Assembly: GCA_009787115.1 (NCBI GenBank)
Contig: WRGQ01000170.1
Span: 21,640 to 85,639 of the forward strand
Source: Bacteroidota bacterium
Lineage (GTDB): Bacteria; Bacteroidota; Bacteroidia; Bacteroidales; WCHB1-69
Length of the DNA: 64,000 nt
Direction of reading: 5' to 3'
This document shows, piece after piece, positions 53,101 to 61,674 of the stretch (positions are counted from its first letter, which is position 1; each line of letters opens with the position of its first letter). Below the pieces are notes generated by a model. That model worked only from the letters and a program-made list of their open reading frames with translations, ran no database searches and was not told where the DNA came from. The translations under genes and the position numbers were made by a program.

Positions 53101-55032
53101 TTATTTATTATTTATAAACAACTGATTATTAGTTAATCTTGTTGTATAAGATTGAATAATGGCTTTGAGTTTTTGTTCATAAAGCGCTGCAACCTCCGGT
53201 AACTCCGGAAGCAAGTTTTTTTGCATCAGCATATCATTTTTAATATCATAAAGTCCGATGCTTGTTTCGCCGTCAAATTGCAAAATAAAATCATCGGAAA
53301 CAAGTTGATACACCCCCCACGTATAGTTGGCTGAATATGAAGTATAGGTGGAATCAAAGATATTATTTCCATACGAAAAGAGCGGTTCATCAATATGAAG
53401 ATATGAAAACAGGGTGGGCATAATATCCAATTGTTGCATAGCGCCAATTTTCTGATTTACAGTTGCTTTCGGATAATAAAAGAAAATAGGAATTTGCAGC
53501 GTATGGAAGATGCTCATCTTGTCGGGACGAGATCCATCTCCGGTATGATCTCCTGTAATAATAAACAGGGTATTGTCGTACCACGAATTATGAGATACTG
53601 TTTCAAAAAATTCTCTAACGGCACAGTCGGTATAAGAAGCCAGTGCGTGAATGGGACGTGTTCCGGTTTTAAGGTCAAGCCCTTTTGCATCTTTGGGAAT
53701 TACAAACGGATTGTGCGAAGAGAGCGTGAGTACACTTGCAAAAAAAGGTTGTTGGACGGTATTTAATTCTTGAGCAACAAATTTAAGAAACGAGCGGTCA
53801 CTGATGCCCCAAACTCCGTCATAATCGGAAGGATTAGGATATTCATTTTTTCCATAACAGGTTTCAAAGCCCATAGAATAACAATAACTTTCAATATTCA
53901 TTGAGCCGTTTTTAGCGCCGTGAAAAAAGAGCGTGTTATAACCGTGTTTCTTTAACGCTTCCACAGAAGAGAAGGTAACATTGCTGGCAAAATGAGTTTC
54001 ATTGGCGCTCCTGTCTAATAATTTGGGTATCCCTGCAAAAATCGCCTGCAACGCATCAATAGTGCGGTGTCCGTTGGCAATCCCGTTAAAAGAGACAGAT
54101 TGATGCATCAAACTGTCTAAAAACGGGCAATACCCTTGCGAGCCATCTATTCCGTTAATAAGATATTGCGAAAATCCCTCCAGAATAATAACAACCACAT
54201 TTTTAACAGGATAACAGTAATTATAACAAGGTTTTATGCAATTAATAATGGGAGAATAATATTGTTCAGCTTCATTTAAACTTGTAAAATAGTGTTTTTC
54301 AACATTATAATTTTCTCCATAACTTTTAATCAAAGTAAAAGGAGTGTTGGATATCAGTGCAGAGTTTTGAATAGAGGCATATTTTCCGCTATCAATCAAC
54401 CCGAGTGGTCGTGTTTGCCATCCGCCTCTCATACAAAAAAATGAAAGAAAAAGACCGAAAAGAAAAATTGAGATCTTGTAAACAAAAACTTTCCACGAAA
54501 AAGGTTGCCGTAGCGTTTCCTTTGTCATCATTCTGTTTGAGAGTTTTACAATATAAATGATTACAAAAATCGTTACAAAAAACAACAATATCAAATACCA
54601 AAACTGTTTACAGAAAGAGGGAAGTAAACTCTTAAAATCAAATCCAATTTGTATGTAAGAAAAAAAATCGCAGGTCATTCTTTTTAAAACATAAGGAAAG
54701 TATGCCGTATCGAAGTAAGAAACAAGCGCTGCAAAGCCATTGATGATGATAAAATAACCATCGAAAACAGTTCGGTATATTTTATTCCGGTAAAATGCAA
54801 AAGGCAACAGAATGGCAATGATATAAGGAAGATTACAAAAAAATATAGCGGATAAATCAAATCTTAATCCATGGAAGAAAAGGGAAAAATGGGCATTGGG
54901 CAAGGTATGTGCGTTTACTGCAAAAAAAAGAATGCGAAAAAAAGAATAGAGAACCAACAATAATCCCAAACGTATGCAAAGAGGGTATAATTGATTGTGA
55001 ATGTAATGTTTGAGAGATGGTATTTTTTTCAT
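53101..55032 (-). CDS. LTA-synthase-family / sulfatase-domain membrane protein
   Basis: An N-terminal block of about 5 TM helices is followed by an alkaline-phosphatase-superfamily domain ('VVVIILEGFS', 'FHGAKNGSMN', 'LFIITGDHTG'). 643 aa. Confidence 0.8.
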   Translation of the reverse strand: MKKIPSLKHYIHNQLYPLCIRLGLLLVLYSFFRILFFAVNAHTLPNAHFSLFFHGLRFDLSAIFFCNLPYIIAILLPFAFYRNKIYRTVFDGYFIIINGFAALVSYFDTAYFPYVLKRMTCDFFSYIQIGFDFKSLLPSFCKQFWYLILLFFVTIFVIIYIVKLSNRMMTKETLRQPFSWKVFVYKISIFLFGLFLSFFCMRGGWQTRPLGLIDSGKYASIQNSALISNTPFTLIKSYGENYNVEKHYFTSLNEAEQYYSPIINCIKPCYNYCYPVKNVVVIILEGFSQYLINGIDGSQGYCPFLDSLMHQSVSFNGIANGHRTIDALQAIFAGIPKLLDRSANETHFASNVTFSSVEALKKHGYNTLFFHGAKNGSMNIESYCYSMGFETCYGKNEYPNPSDYDGVWGISDRSFLKFVAQELNTVQQPFFASVLTLSSHNPFVIPKDAKGLDLKTGTRPIHALASYTDCAVREFFETVSHNSWYDNTLFIITGDHTGDGSRPDKMSIFHTLQIPIFFYYPKATVNQKIGAMQQLDIMPTLFSYLHIDEPLFSYGNNIFDSTYTSYSANYTWGVYQLVSDDFILQFDGETSIGLYDIKNDMLMQKNLLPELPEVAALYEQKLKAIIQSYTTRLTNNQLFINNK

Positions 55033-55160
55033 TTGATTTTATTACAAGTGCAAAAATACATTTTTGTAATCTTTTTTGTGCTAATTTAAAGATTTATATT
55101 AATAAATTTTCTTTTTTTGCGACTTAGAAAAAAAAATATTCATTTAATACATTATTACAT

Positions 55161-55367
55161 ATGAAAAAAGTTGTCATTCTTTTAATTGCTGCCACCGCAT
55201 TAATATCTTTTTCCTGCAATAAATATTGTTATTGCAAACATTACATTGACGGGGTACTTGATAAGAATTATACGCAAGGTGAATTTGTGAATGAATCGGG
55301 TTCGTGCGCAGATTATAATGAAGAGAAAACAATAGAAGGAGTAACTTATGAATTAAAATGCAAATAA
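55161..55367 (+). CDS. small Cys-rich lipoprotein
   Basis: 'MKKVVILLIAATALISFSCNKYCYCKH...'. 68 aa. The lipobox Cys is followed by a CxC. Confidence 0.5.
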   Translation: MKKVVILLIAATALISFSCNKYCYCKHYIDGVLDKNYTQGEFVNESGSCADYNEEKTIEGVTYELKCK

Positions 55368-55948
55368 CCTGCATTTTCTGCATCTAAGAGTTCTATTTTC
55401 TTTTCAATTCCCCAGTAAAAACCTCCCATTTTTCCTGTTTGTGCAATGACGCGGTGACAGGGGATAAGGTATAATATCGGGTTTCTTCCTACAGCCGTAC
55501 CCACAGCCCGTTGGGCATTAGGATAGCCGATAGAAGCGGCAATTTTTCCATACGTTGATAAAGAGCCTGTTGGAATTTTCAATAAGGCTTCCCAAACTTT
55601 CAGTTGAAAGGTAGTTCCTTTTAAATAGAGCACCAACTTGTCTCCTTTTTCCCATTTTCCGGCAAATAGTCTCTTCACATGGTCGTGCTGTTTATTTTTA
55701 TGTCTTCGAAATATGCCGTTGGGAAACCTGTGTCGCAATTCCTCTAATGCGCATTCGCGGGAGCGTGCATATCCTACAAAACAGACCCCGTGGGACATAG
55801 AGGCTACCACTATTTTTCCAAATGGAGAAGAAAAGAAATGGTAAGAAATAATGCACTTATTTTCCCATTCTTTAGCAGGAACCGGCTTTATTTTTACAAA
55901 CATCTTATTGGGAATACCCATATTGGAAAGTTCTTTCTTTTTTCTCAT
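55346..55948 (-). CDS. ogt: methylated-DNA--protein-cysteine methyltransferase
   Basis: Active site 'LIPCHRVI'. 'YGKIAASIGYPNAQRAVGTA'. 200 aa. Confidence 0.85.
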   Translation of the reverse strand: MRKKKELSNMGIPNKMFVKIKPVPAKEWENKCIISYHFFSSPFGKIVVASMSHGVCFVGYARSRECALEELRHRFPNGIFRRHKNKQHDHVKRLFAGKWEKGDKLVLYLKGTTFQLKVWEALLKIPTGSLSTYGKIAASIGYPNAQRAVGTAVGRNPILYLIPCHRVIAQTGKMGGFYWGIEKKIELLDAENAGYLHFNS

Positions 55949-55975
55949 AGAAACATAGTTATGGTATTTAAAACA

Positions 55976-56146
55976 TTAAGAACATTCGCCTAAAATATCG
56001 CCGGAACGGTCGCCGCAATTTTCGGAAGGATCTACTTCAATCTCTTGCACGTGGTTATTTGCATCTTTGCAAACACAGGTTTTGGTACACGATTGTAAAA
56101 AAAGAGCCGTAAGCCCAAAAGAAATAATGAATAGTGTTTTTTTCAT
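55976..56146 (-). CDS. small Cys-rich lipoprotein (56 aa, not in the ORF track), paralogue of 55161-55367
   Basis: My own translation gives 'MKKTLFIISFGLTALFLQSCTKTCVCKDANNHVQEIEVDPSENCGDRSGDILGECS*'. It shares the 'SC(T/N)K(T/Y)C(V/Y)CK' start of the mature part with the 68-aa protein. Confidence 0.45.
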   Translation of the reverse strand: MKKTLFIISFGLTALFLQSCTKTCVCKDANNHVQEIEVDPSENCGDRSGDILGECS

Positions 56147-56157
56147 AGAAACATTGA

Positions 56158-57534
56158 TTATGATTGTAAAATATTTTCAATTTCAGAGACGGATTTTGGG
56201 AGATGCGTACCTAAAACACGATGTCCCTCTTCGGTAATCAACACACAGTCTTCAATTCTGATACCGCCGAAGTTCCGGTAAGTTTCCACTTTATCATAAT
56301 TGATAAATGCTTCAAATCTCTTTTCATTCTTCCAGATATCAATCAAATGAGGGATAAAATAGATACCGGGTTCCACAGAGATTATGTGTCCCGGTTTTAA
56401 AGTTTTTGCCATACGCAACGAGCCCCATCCGAAGATTTTGCTGCGTTGTATAGTTTCATCGTAGCCCACAAAATTTTCGCCCAAATCTTCCATATCGTGC
56501 ACATCGAGACCAATTTGGTGTCCCAAGCCATGAGGCATAAACAAAGCATGAGCACCCAGCGCTACCGATTCTTCAATGTTTCCTTTCATCAATCCTATTC
56601 TTTGCAGCCCTTCGGTTAAAACAGTTACGGCAAGTTTGTGGTTTTCAATATTTTGTATTCCAGGTTTACAGTTAGCAATGCCTGCCATATTGGCTTGATA
56701 TACCGTTTCGTAAATCTCTTTTTGCATAGGCGAGAACGTACCGGAAACCGGCATAGTGCGCGTATGGTCGGAGCAATAGTTCATCACATTTTCGGCACCG
56801 GCATCCATCACCAAAAGTCTCCCTTTTTCCAAAATCAGATTGTGGTTGTGGTTGTGCAGTGTTTGACCGTTTTGTGAAAGAATAATGGGGAAAGAGGGAC
56901 CGCTTCCCATACTTAGCGCTATACCTTCCGCTATGCCGAAGAGTTCCCGTTCGCTAACCCCCGGCTTGCAATGTTTCATCACGAAAGTGTGCATCTGTAC
57001 ACCAATTTCATTGGCATTCTCCATCTGCTCAATCTCTTCCGGCGACTTAATTTCACGAAGCGCTACGATTCTTTTAATCAATTCTGTGGAAGGTATTAGT
57101 TCTTCAATATTTTTTTTCAGCAAACGCGTCAGTTCAATTTTGTTATCTGCCCGATAGGGCGGCGTAAAATGTACCTGTTTATTTTTTAAGAATGAGGATA
57201 ATTCAGACAGCGGGCGTACCTCATCTACGGCAACCTCGACAGCCAAATCAGATAATTTGGGTTGGTCGCCCATCCAAATAATATCATCAATCTCAAAATC
57301 ATTGCCAAATAACAACGATTTTTTTTGTTCAAAATCAATGACGCCTACAATATTTGGTAACGATAATCCGAAAAAATACAAAAAATTACTGTCTTGCCGA
57401 TAATGATACGTATTGGACGGATAGTTTGCCGGCGATTCATTATTGGATAAAAAAAGCGCTATACCTGTTGAAAATGCCGCACTTAATTTATTTCTTCGTT
57501 CCTGATAAATGTTTGATGCAAATAGAAAGTTCAT
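56158..57534 (-). CDS. pepP: Xaa-Pro aminopeptidase (M24B)
   Basis: 'LVMDAGAE', 'HGLGHQIGLDVHD', 'SVEPGIYF', 'GGIRIEDCVLIT' metal-ligand blocks. 458 aa. Confidence 0.85.
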   Translation of the reverse strand: MNFLFASNIYQERRNKLSAAFSTGIALFLSNNESPANYPSNTYHYRQDSNFLYFFGLSLPNIVGVIDFEQKKSLLFGNDFEIDDIIWMGDQPKLSDLAVEVAVDEVRPLSELSSFLKNKQVHFTPPYRADNKIELTRLLKKNIEELIPSTELIKRIVALREIKSPEEIEQMENANEIGVQMHTFVMKHCKPGVSERELFGIAEGIALSMGSGPSFPIILSQNGQTLHNHNHNLILEKGRLLVMDAGAENVMNYCSDHTRTMPVSGTFSPMQKEIYETVYQANMAGIANCKPGIQNIENHKLAVTVLTEGLQRIGLMKGNIEESVALGAHALFMPHGLGHQIGLDVHDMEDLGENFVGYDETIQRSKIFGWGSLRMAKTLKPGHIISVEPGIYFIPHLIDIWKNEKRFEAFINYDKVETYRNFGGIRIEDCVLITEEGHRVLGTHLPKSVSEIENILQS

Positions 57535-57644
57535 AAATTAACAGATTTAAAAAAACATTCACAAAAAAACAAAAATTTTATTACACACCCAAATTATAAT
57601 AAAAATATATTTTTGCTGTTTACATAAAATAGATCTATAACATA

Positions 57645-58235
57645 ATGTCCGGAATACATACTTTTTTCTTATCACCCAAAAAATTAGGCTTCCATATATT
57701 ATTGGTTACAGGGGTGTTCATAGTGATTTGCGTGGTGGCTTTGTTTGTTTTAGATTCTTATACAAGACACGGCACAGAAGTAATGATGCCCAATTTTATC
57801 GGGATGGACTCAAAGGAATTATTGAATAAAAATGATGTTTCCAAAGATTATATTATTGTTGTTTCCGATTATTTATTTGATAAAAAAACAGTTCCCGGAA
57901 CTGTTTTGAAACAGGATCCACACGTAGGCGAAATGGTGAAAAAAGGAAGAAAAGTATATGTTACGGTGGCATCGAGTACACCTCCGAAAGTAATTATGCC
58001 CCAATTGCAGGATGTTTCTTTGAGGCAGGCAGAAATTATGTTAAAAGCGATTGGACTTCAATTGGGCCCTGTTATCTACAAACCGAGTCCTTATGAAAAT
58101 GCTGTATTGGAACAACTTTATAACGGCAGAGAGATCAGACTGGGTACAGAAATCAGTGCAGGGGAAACGGTGGTTTTGGTGGTAGGGAAAAACCCCGAAG
58201 ACTTATCATCAGAGAATGATAGTAATGAACAATGA
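57645..58235 (+). CDS. PASTA-domain membrane protein
   Basis: N-terminal TM helix. Two PASTA-like units ('MPNFIGMDSKEL...', 'MPQLQDVSLRQAEIMLKAIGLQLG'). Confidence 0.7.
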   Translation: MSGIHTFFLSPKKLGFHILLVTGVFIVICVVALFVLDSYTRHGTEVMMPNFIGMDSKELLNKNDVSKDYIIVVSDYLFDKKTVPGTVLKQDPHVGEMVKKGRKVYVTVASSTPPKVIMPQLQDVSLRQAEIMLKAIGLQLGPVIYKPSPYENAVLEQLYNGREIRLGTEISAGETVVLVVGKNPEDLSSENDSNEQ

Positions 58236-58259
58236 GTAATGAATAATGAATAATGAATA
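58221..58259. repeat. Phased heptamers (agtaatg aacaatg agtaatg aataatg aataatg) bridging the stop of one gene and the start of the next
   Basis: 'aatg' recurs every 7 nt from 58224 to 58255. The array contains the TGA stop (58233-58235) and the ATG start (58253-58255). Confidence 0.8.
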
Positions 58260-60244
58260 CATACACTAAATTTAAACACATCATCCTGTCGGGAACACTT
58301 TTTGTATTTTTAATATCAGTATTGTGCAGTTCTGTTCAGGCGCAGGAATTTTTAACGGGAAGCAGAATAAATCCTCAGGTTTTCAATAAACCTCAACAAA
58401 GAGGCGATATTTCGGGTAATCCAAAAACTGAGACACAACCCCTGTTGCTTCCTTTTTTTGAAGATTTTTCAAATTATACCGGTTATCCGAATGAAAATCT
58501 TTTTATTGACAGGCAGGCTTTTGTAAACAGTACATTTCCTGTTTTTCCCCCTTCTATTGGCGTGGTCACTTTGGATGCCTTAAATGAATACGGTGAAATT
58601 TATCCGCATTTGAATACAGTGCCAAAAGGAGCCGACACTCTTACTTCGCAATATATTAGATTAGATTCGGTGTTTGTAGATGCTACAGGACGAGAAATTA
58701 CACTTGCAGATTCTATCTATTTCAGTTTCTATTTTCAACCGGGCGGCGCCGGTATTGCTAATGCCGGTCCCGGTGAGCGTATCGGAAATCAACCCGATAA
58801 CGGAGACTCATTAGTGTTGGAGTTTAGATATTTCCGTCCGGGAGATACTGTTACTAACTGGAAACACGTCTGGTCAACTCCCGGATTTAATGCAAATATC
58901 TGGATTGAGGAGAATCCTTACCAGTATTTTAAACAAGTGATGATTCCCATCACTGACGAAAATTATCTACGCGATAATTTTCAGTTCAGGTTTAGAAATT
59001 ATGCAAGCCTTGAACCCCAGCAGGGAATTACCGGTTGGGAAGGTAATGTAGATCAATGGCATATTGACTATATCCGATTAGATGTCAATAGAACTCGTAA
59101 CGACGTTTTTACAAACGACCTTGCCTTTGTAACTCCTACTACCTCTTTTTTACAAAATTATCAAGCGATGCCGTGGAAACAGTTCAGGAGTTCCACAGAT
59201 ATGAAATCCAATTTTACAAACCATCTCACCAATCTCAGCGAAGGAATGCGTACTTCTAAATATCAATATACTATTACTCAAAAAAATAATATTGTAGCAG
59301 AATATGTATCCGGTTCTATTGACATTGCTCCTTATGCTACGCACGGATTGCATTCTTATCCTTCTCAGGCTTCGCCGGACATCTCTTTGAAACCAAATTT
59401 AACCGATACGGCAACTTTTACCGTAACCCACGTTTTTCAAAATGCTGCGGGAGTTGATATTTATCCTCAAAATGATACTTGTGTTTTTGTACAAAAATTC
59501 TACAATTACTATGCTTATGACGATGGTACTGCAGAGTATGGCTATTGTCTGAATAATCAATTTAATATCGCTTCTTTGGCAATGAAGTTTTCGTTGCGTG
59601 TTCCCGATACATTAAGCGCTGTGCGTATGTGGTTTAATCAAACAAAAAATCACGAAAATGAAAATGCCTCATTTTCTATTATCGTTTGGGAAGATAACAA
59701 CGGAGAACCCGGCAAAGAAATCTATACAATGGAAGAAAACAAACCCGAATTTGCCAATGAATTTCTCAACTTTGTCGAGTATAAACTCGACAAAAAACTT
59801 TTGGTATCGGGCGACATCTGGATAGGATTTAAACAGCAAGGCAATCTACAATTGAACATTGGCTTTGACCAAAATAATGATTCAAGAAATTTCTTTAAAT
59901 ATAACACCAATGGAACGTGGAGTATCTCTGCTTTTAAGGGAACTCCAATGCTGAGACCGGTGTTTGGCGAACTCGAAATACTAAATCTCTTTGACCATTA
60001 CGACCAAACAACAAATACCGTTATTGCTCCTAATCCGACGAGCAACAGTTTTCAAATTTCAAATTACAAATTTCAAATTACAAAGGTGGAGGTCTTTACT
60101 GTTGCAGGAATGAAAATAGATGAAAAACAGTGTAGAGATAACTATGTACAAATGAATGTTGCAAACTATCCGGCAGGAATCTATTTGGTAAGAGTATATA
60201 AAGAAAACAGCGCCCCTGAAATATTTAAACTAATTAAAAAGTAA
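58253..60244 (+). CDS. T9SS-sorted secreted protein of unknown function
   Basis: Signal peptide. C-terminal Por/T9SS CTD 'IAPNPTSNSFQI...YPAGIYLVRVYKENSAPEIFKLIKK'. 663 aa. Confidence 0.7.
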   Translation: MNTYTKFKHIILSGTLFVFLISVLCSSVQAQEFLTGSRINPQVFNKPQQRGDISGNPKTETQPLLLPFFEDFSNYTGYPNENLFIDRQAFVNSTFPVFPPSIGVVTLDALNEYGEIYPHLNTVPKGADTLTSQYIRLDSVFVDATGREITLADSIYFSFYFQPGGAGIANAGPGERIGNQPDNGDSLVLEFRYFRPGDTVTNWKHVWSTPGFNANIWIEENPYQYFKQVMIPITDENYLRDNFQFRFRNYASLEPQQGITGWEGNVDQWHIDYIRLDVNRTRNDVFTNDLAFVTPTTSFLQNYQAMPWKQFRSSTDMKSNFTNHLTNLSEGMRTSKYQYTITQKNNIVAEYVSGSIDIAPYATHGLHSYPSQASPDISLKPNLTDTATFTVTHVFQNAAGVDIYPQNDTCVFVQKFYNYYAYDDGTAEYGYCLNNQFNIASLAMKFSLRVPDTLSAVRMWFNQTKNHENENASFSIIVWEDNNGEPGKEIYTMEENKPEFANEFLNFVEYKLDKKLLVSGDIWIGFKQQGNLQLNIGFDQNNDSRNFFKYNTNGTWSISAFKGTPMLRPVFGELEILNLFDHYDQTTNTVIAPNPTSNSFQISNYKFQITKVEVFTVAGMKIDEKQCRDNYVQMNVANYPAGIYLVRVYKENSAPEIFKLIKK

Positions 60245-60255
60245 CAAGTGTCAAT

Positions 60256-60297
60256 CATTTAATATTTAACATTTAATCACTAATCACTAATCACTAA
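60256..60297. repeat. Six phased heptamers each ending in TAA (catttaa tatttaa catttaa tcactaa x3), abutting the next ATG
   Basis: TAA at 60260, 60267, 60274, 60281, 60288 and 60295, exactly 7 nt apart. The last one overlaps the ATG at 60297. Confidence 0.85.
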
Positions 60298-61106
60298 TGA
60301 ATTTATTATTATCCCGCCCCATTGTATTTTTTGATGTTGAAACCACAGGATTGAATGTTGGTAAAGACAAAATTATTGAATTAGCCTTGCTGAAAGTTTA
60401 TCCCGATGGCAGCGAAAAGGAAAAAGTTTGGCGTATAAATCCTGAAATACCTATATCAAAAGAGGCTGAAGCTGTGCATGGCATTAGTAACGCCGACTTG
60501 AAAGATAAGCCGGTTTTTGCCGAAGTAGCCAACGAGATCTTCAACTTTCTTCAAGATTGTGATTTAGCAGGATTTAATTCCAATAAATTTGACCTCCCTC
60601 TTTTAGTAGAAGAGTTTTTAAGAATAGGTATGAGTTTCGATTTAAGAGATAGAAAATGTATTGACGTCCAAAATATTTTCCATAAGATGGAGCCAAGAAA
60701 TTTAAGTGCGGCGTATCGTTTTTATTGTCAAAAAGAATTGGTGAATGCCCACCAAGCCCTTGCCGATACCCGGGCAACTTTTGAAATTCTTAAAGGACAA
60801 TTAGATAAATACGATGGAAAACAATATGAAGACACCAGGACGGGCAATATATTCACATTGAAAAACAATGTTAAGGTACTCAGTGATTTCTCACGCGAAG
60901 TCCGAACGGTGGATTTTGCCGGTCATATTGTTTTTAATGAAGCAGATGAAGAGGTCTTTAATTTTGGAAAATATAAAGGAGTTCCCGTAAAAAAGGTTTT
61001 TATCATAGAGCCTCCCTATTATGACTGGATGATGAAAGCTGACTTTCCATTATATACTAAGGAGATTATTTCAAAAATATATAGAAATGTAAAAATGAAA
61101 CAGTAA
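60297..61106 (+). CDS. DEDDh 3'-5' exonuclease domain protein (DnaQ/epsilon-like)
   Basis: ExoI 'VFFDVETTGL', ExoII 'LAGFNSNKFDLPLL', ExoIII 'HQALADTRATFEIL'. 269 aa. Confidence 0.8.
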   Translation: MNLLLSRPIVFFDVETTGLNVGKDKIIELALLKVYPDGSEKEKVWRINPEIPISKEAEAVHGISNADLKDKPVFAEVANEIFNFLQDCDLAGFNSNKFDLPLLVEEFLRIGMSFDLRDRKCIDVQNIFHKMEPRNLSAAYRFYCQKELVNAHQALADTRATFEILKGQLDKYDGKQYEDTRTGNIFTLKNNVKVLSDFSREVRTVDFAGHIVFNEADEEVFNFGKYKGVPVKKVFIIEPPYYDWMMKADFPLYTKEIISKIYRNVKMKQ

Positions 61107-61144
61107 TCTGTGATTAATTTAAGGTTCAAAGTTTAAAGTAAAAT

Positions 61145-61549
61145 ATGGAAACAGAAAAGATTATTTTTATCGTACTTGCCCTCGTTTTCTCGGTTTTTAG
61201 TATGGTTTTAAAATCAAAGAAGCAAAAGCGATCTTTTCCTGAAAAAGAATCTGCCGATACCGATTTTTCTATTTCATCTGAAATTTTTTCTCCTTTTTAT
61301 TCGGAACCATTGTTTAAGCAATCTGATACTGAACATTTGCAGGAAAATTTCAATATTTATTCAAAAAATGTTAAAAAGAAACTCAAAATACAAAATTTTG
61401 AAAAAAATAATTCTGAGATAGAAAATTCTAAAAAAAATTCGCAAAATATTGATTTAGAAAATGAAATTATACTATTGGAGGATATTGAATGTACTGAATT
61501 ACAAAAGGCATTCTTATATAGCGAAATTTTTAAAAATCCTATAAATTAG
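61145..61549 (+). CDS. hypothetical membrane-anchored protein
   Basis: N-terminal TM 'IIFIVLALVFSVFSMVL'. The rest is low-complexity and K/N/E rich. Confidence 0.4.
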   Translation: METEKIIFIVLALVFSVFSMVLKSKKQKRSFPEKESADTDFSISSEIFSPFYSEPLFKQSDTEHLQENFNIYSKNVKKKLKIQNFEKNNSEIENSKKNSQNIDLENEIILLEDIECTELQKAFLYSEIFKNPIN

Positions 61550-61674
61550 CGGATTACTATAAATTTCATATAAATTTCACATTTTTTTTAAAGACTTAAT
61601 TATAACCGAAAAGAAATTATTTTATCTTTACGCCCTTGAATAAAATTCAAAATTTTTATGTTTAATATAATTTA

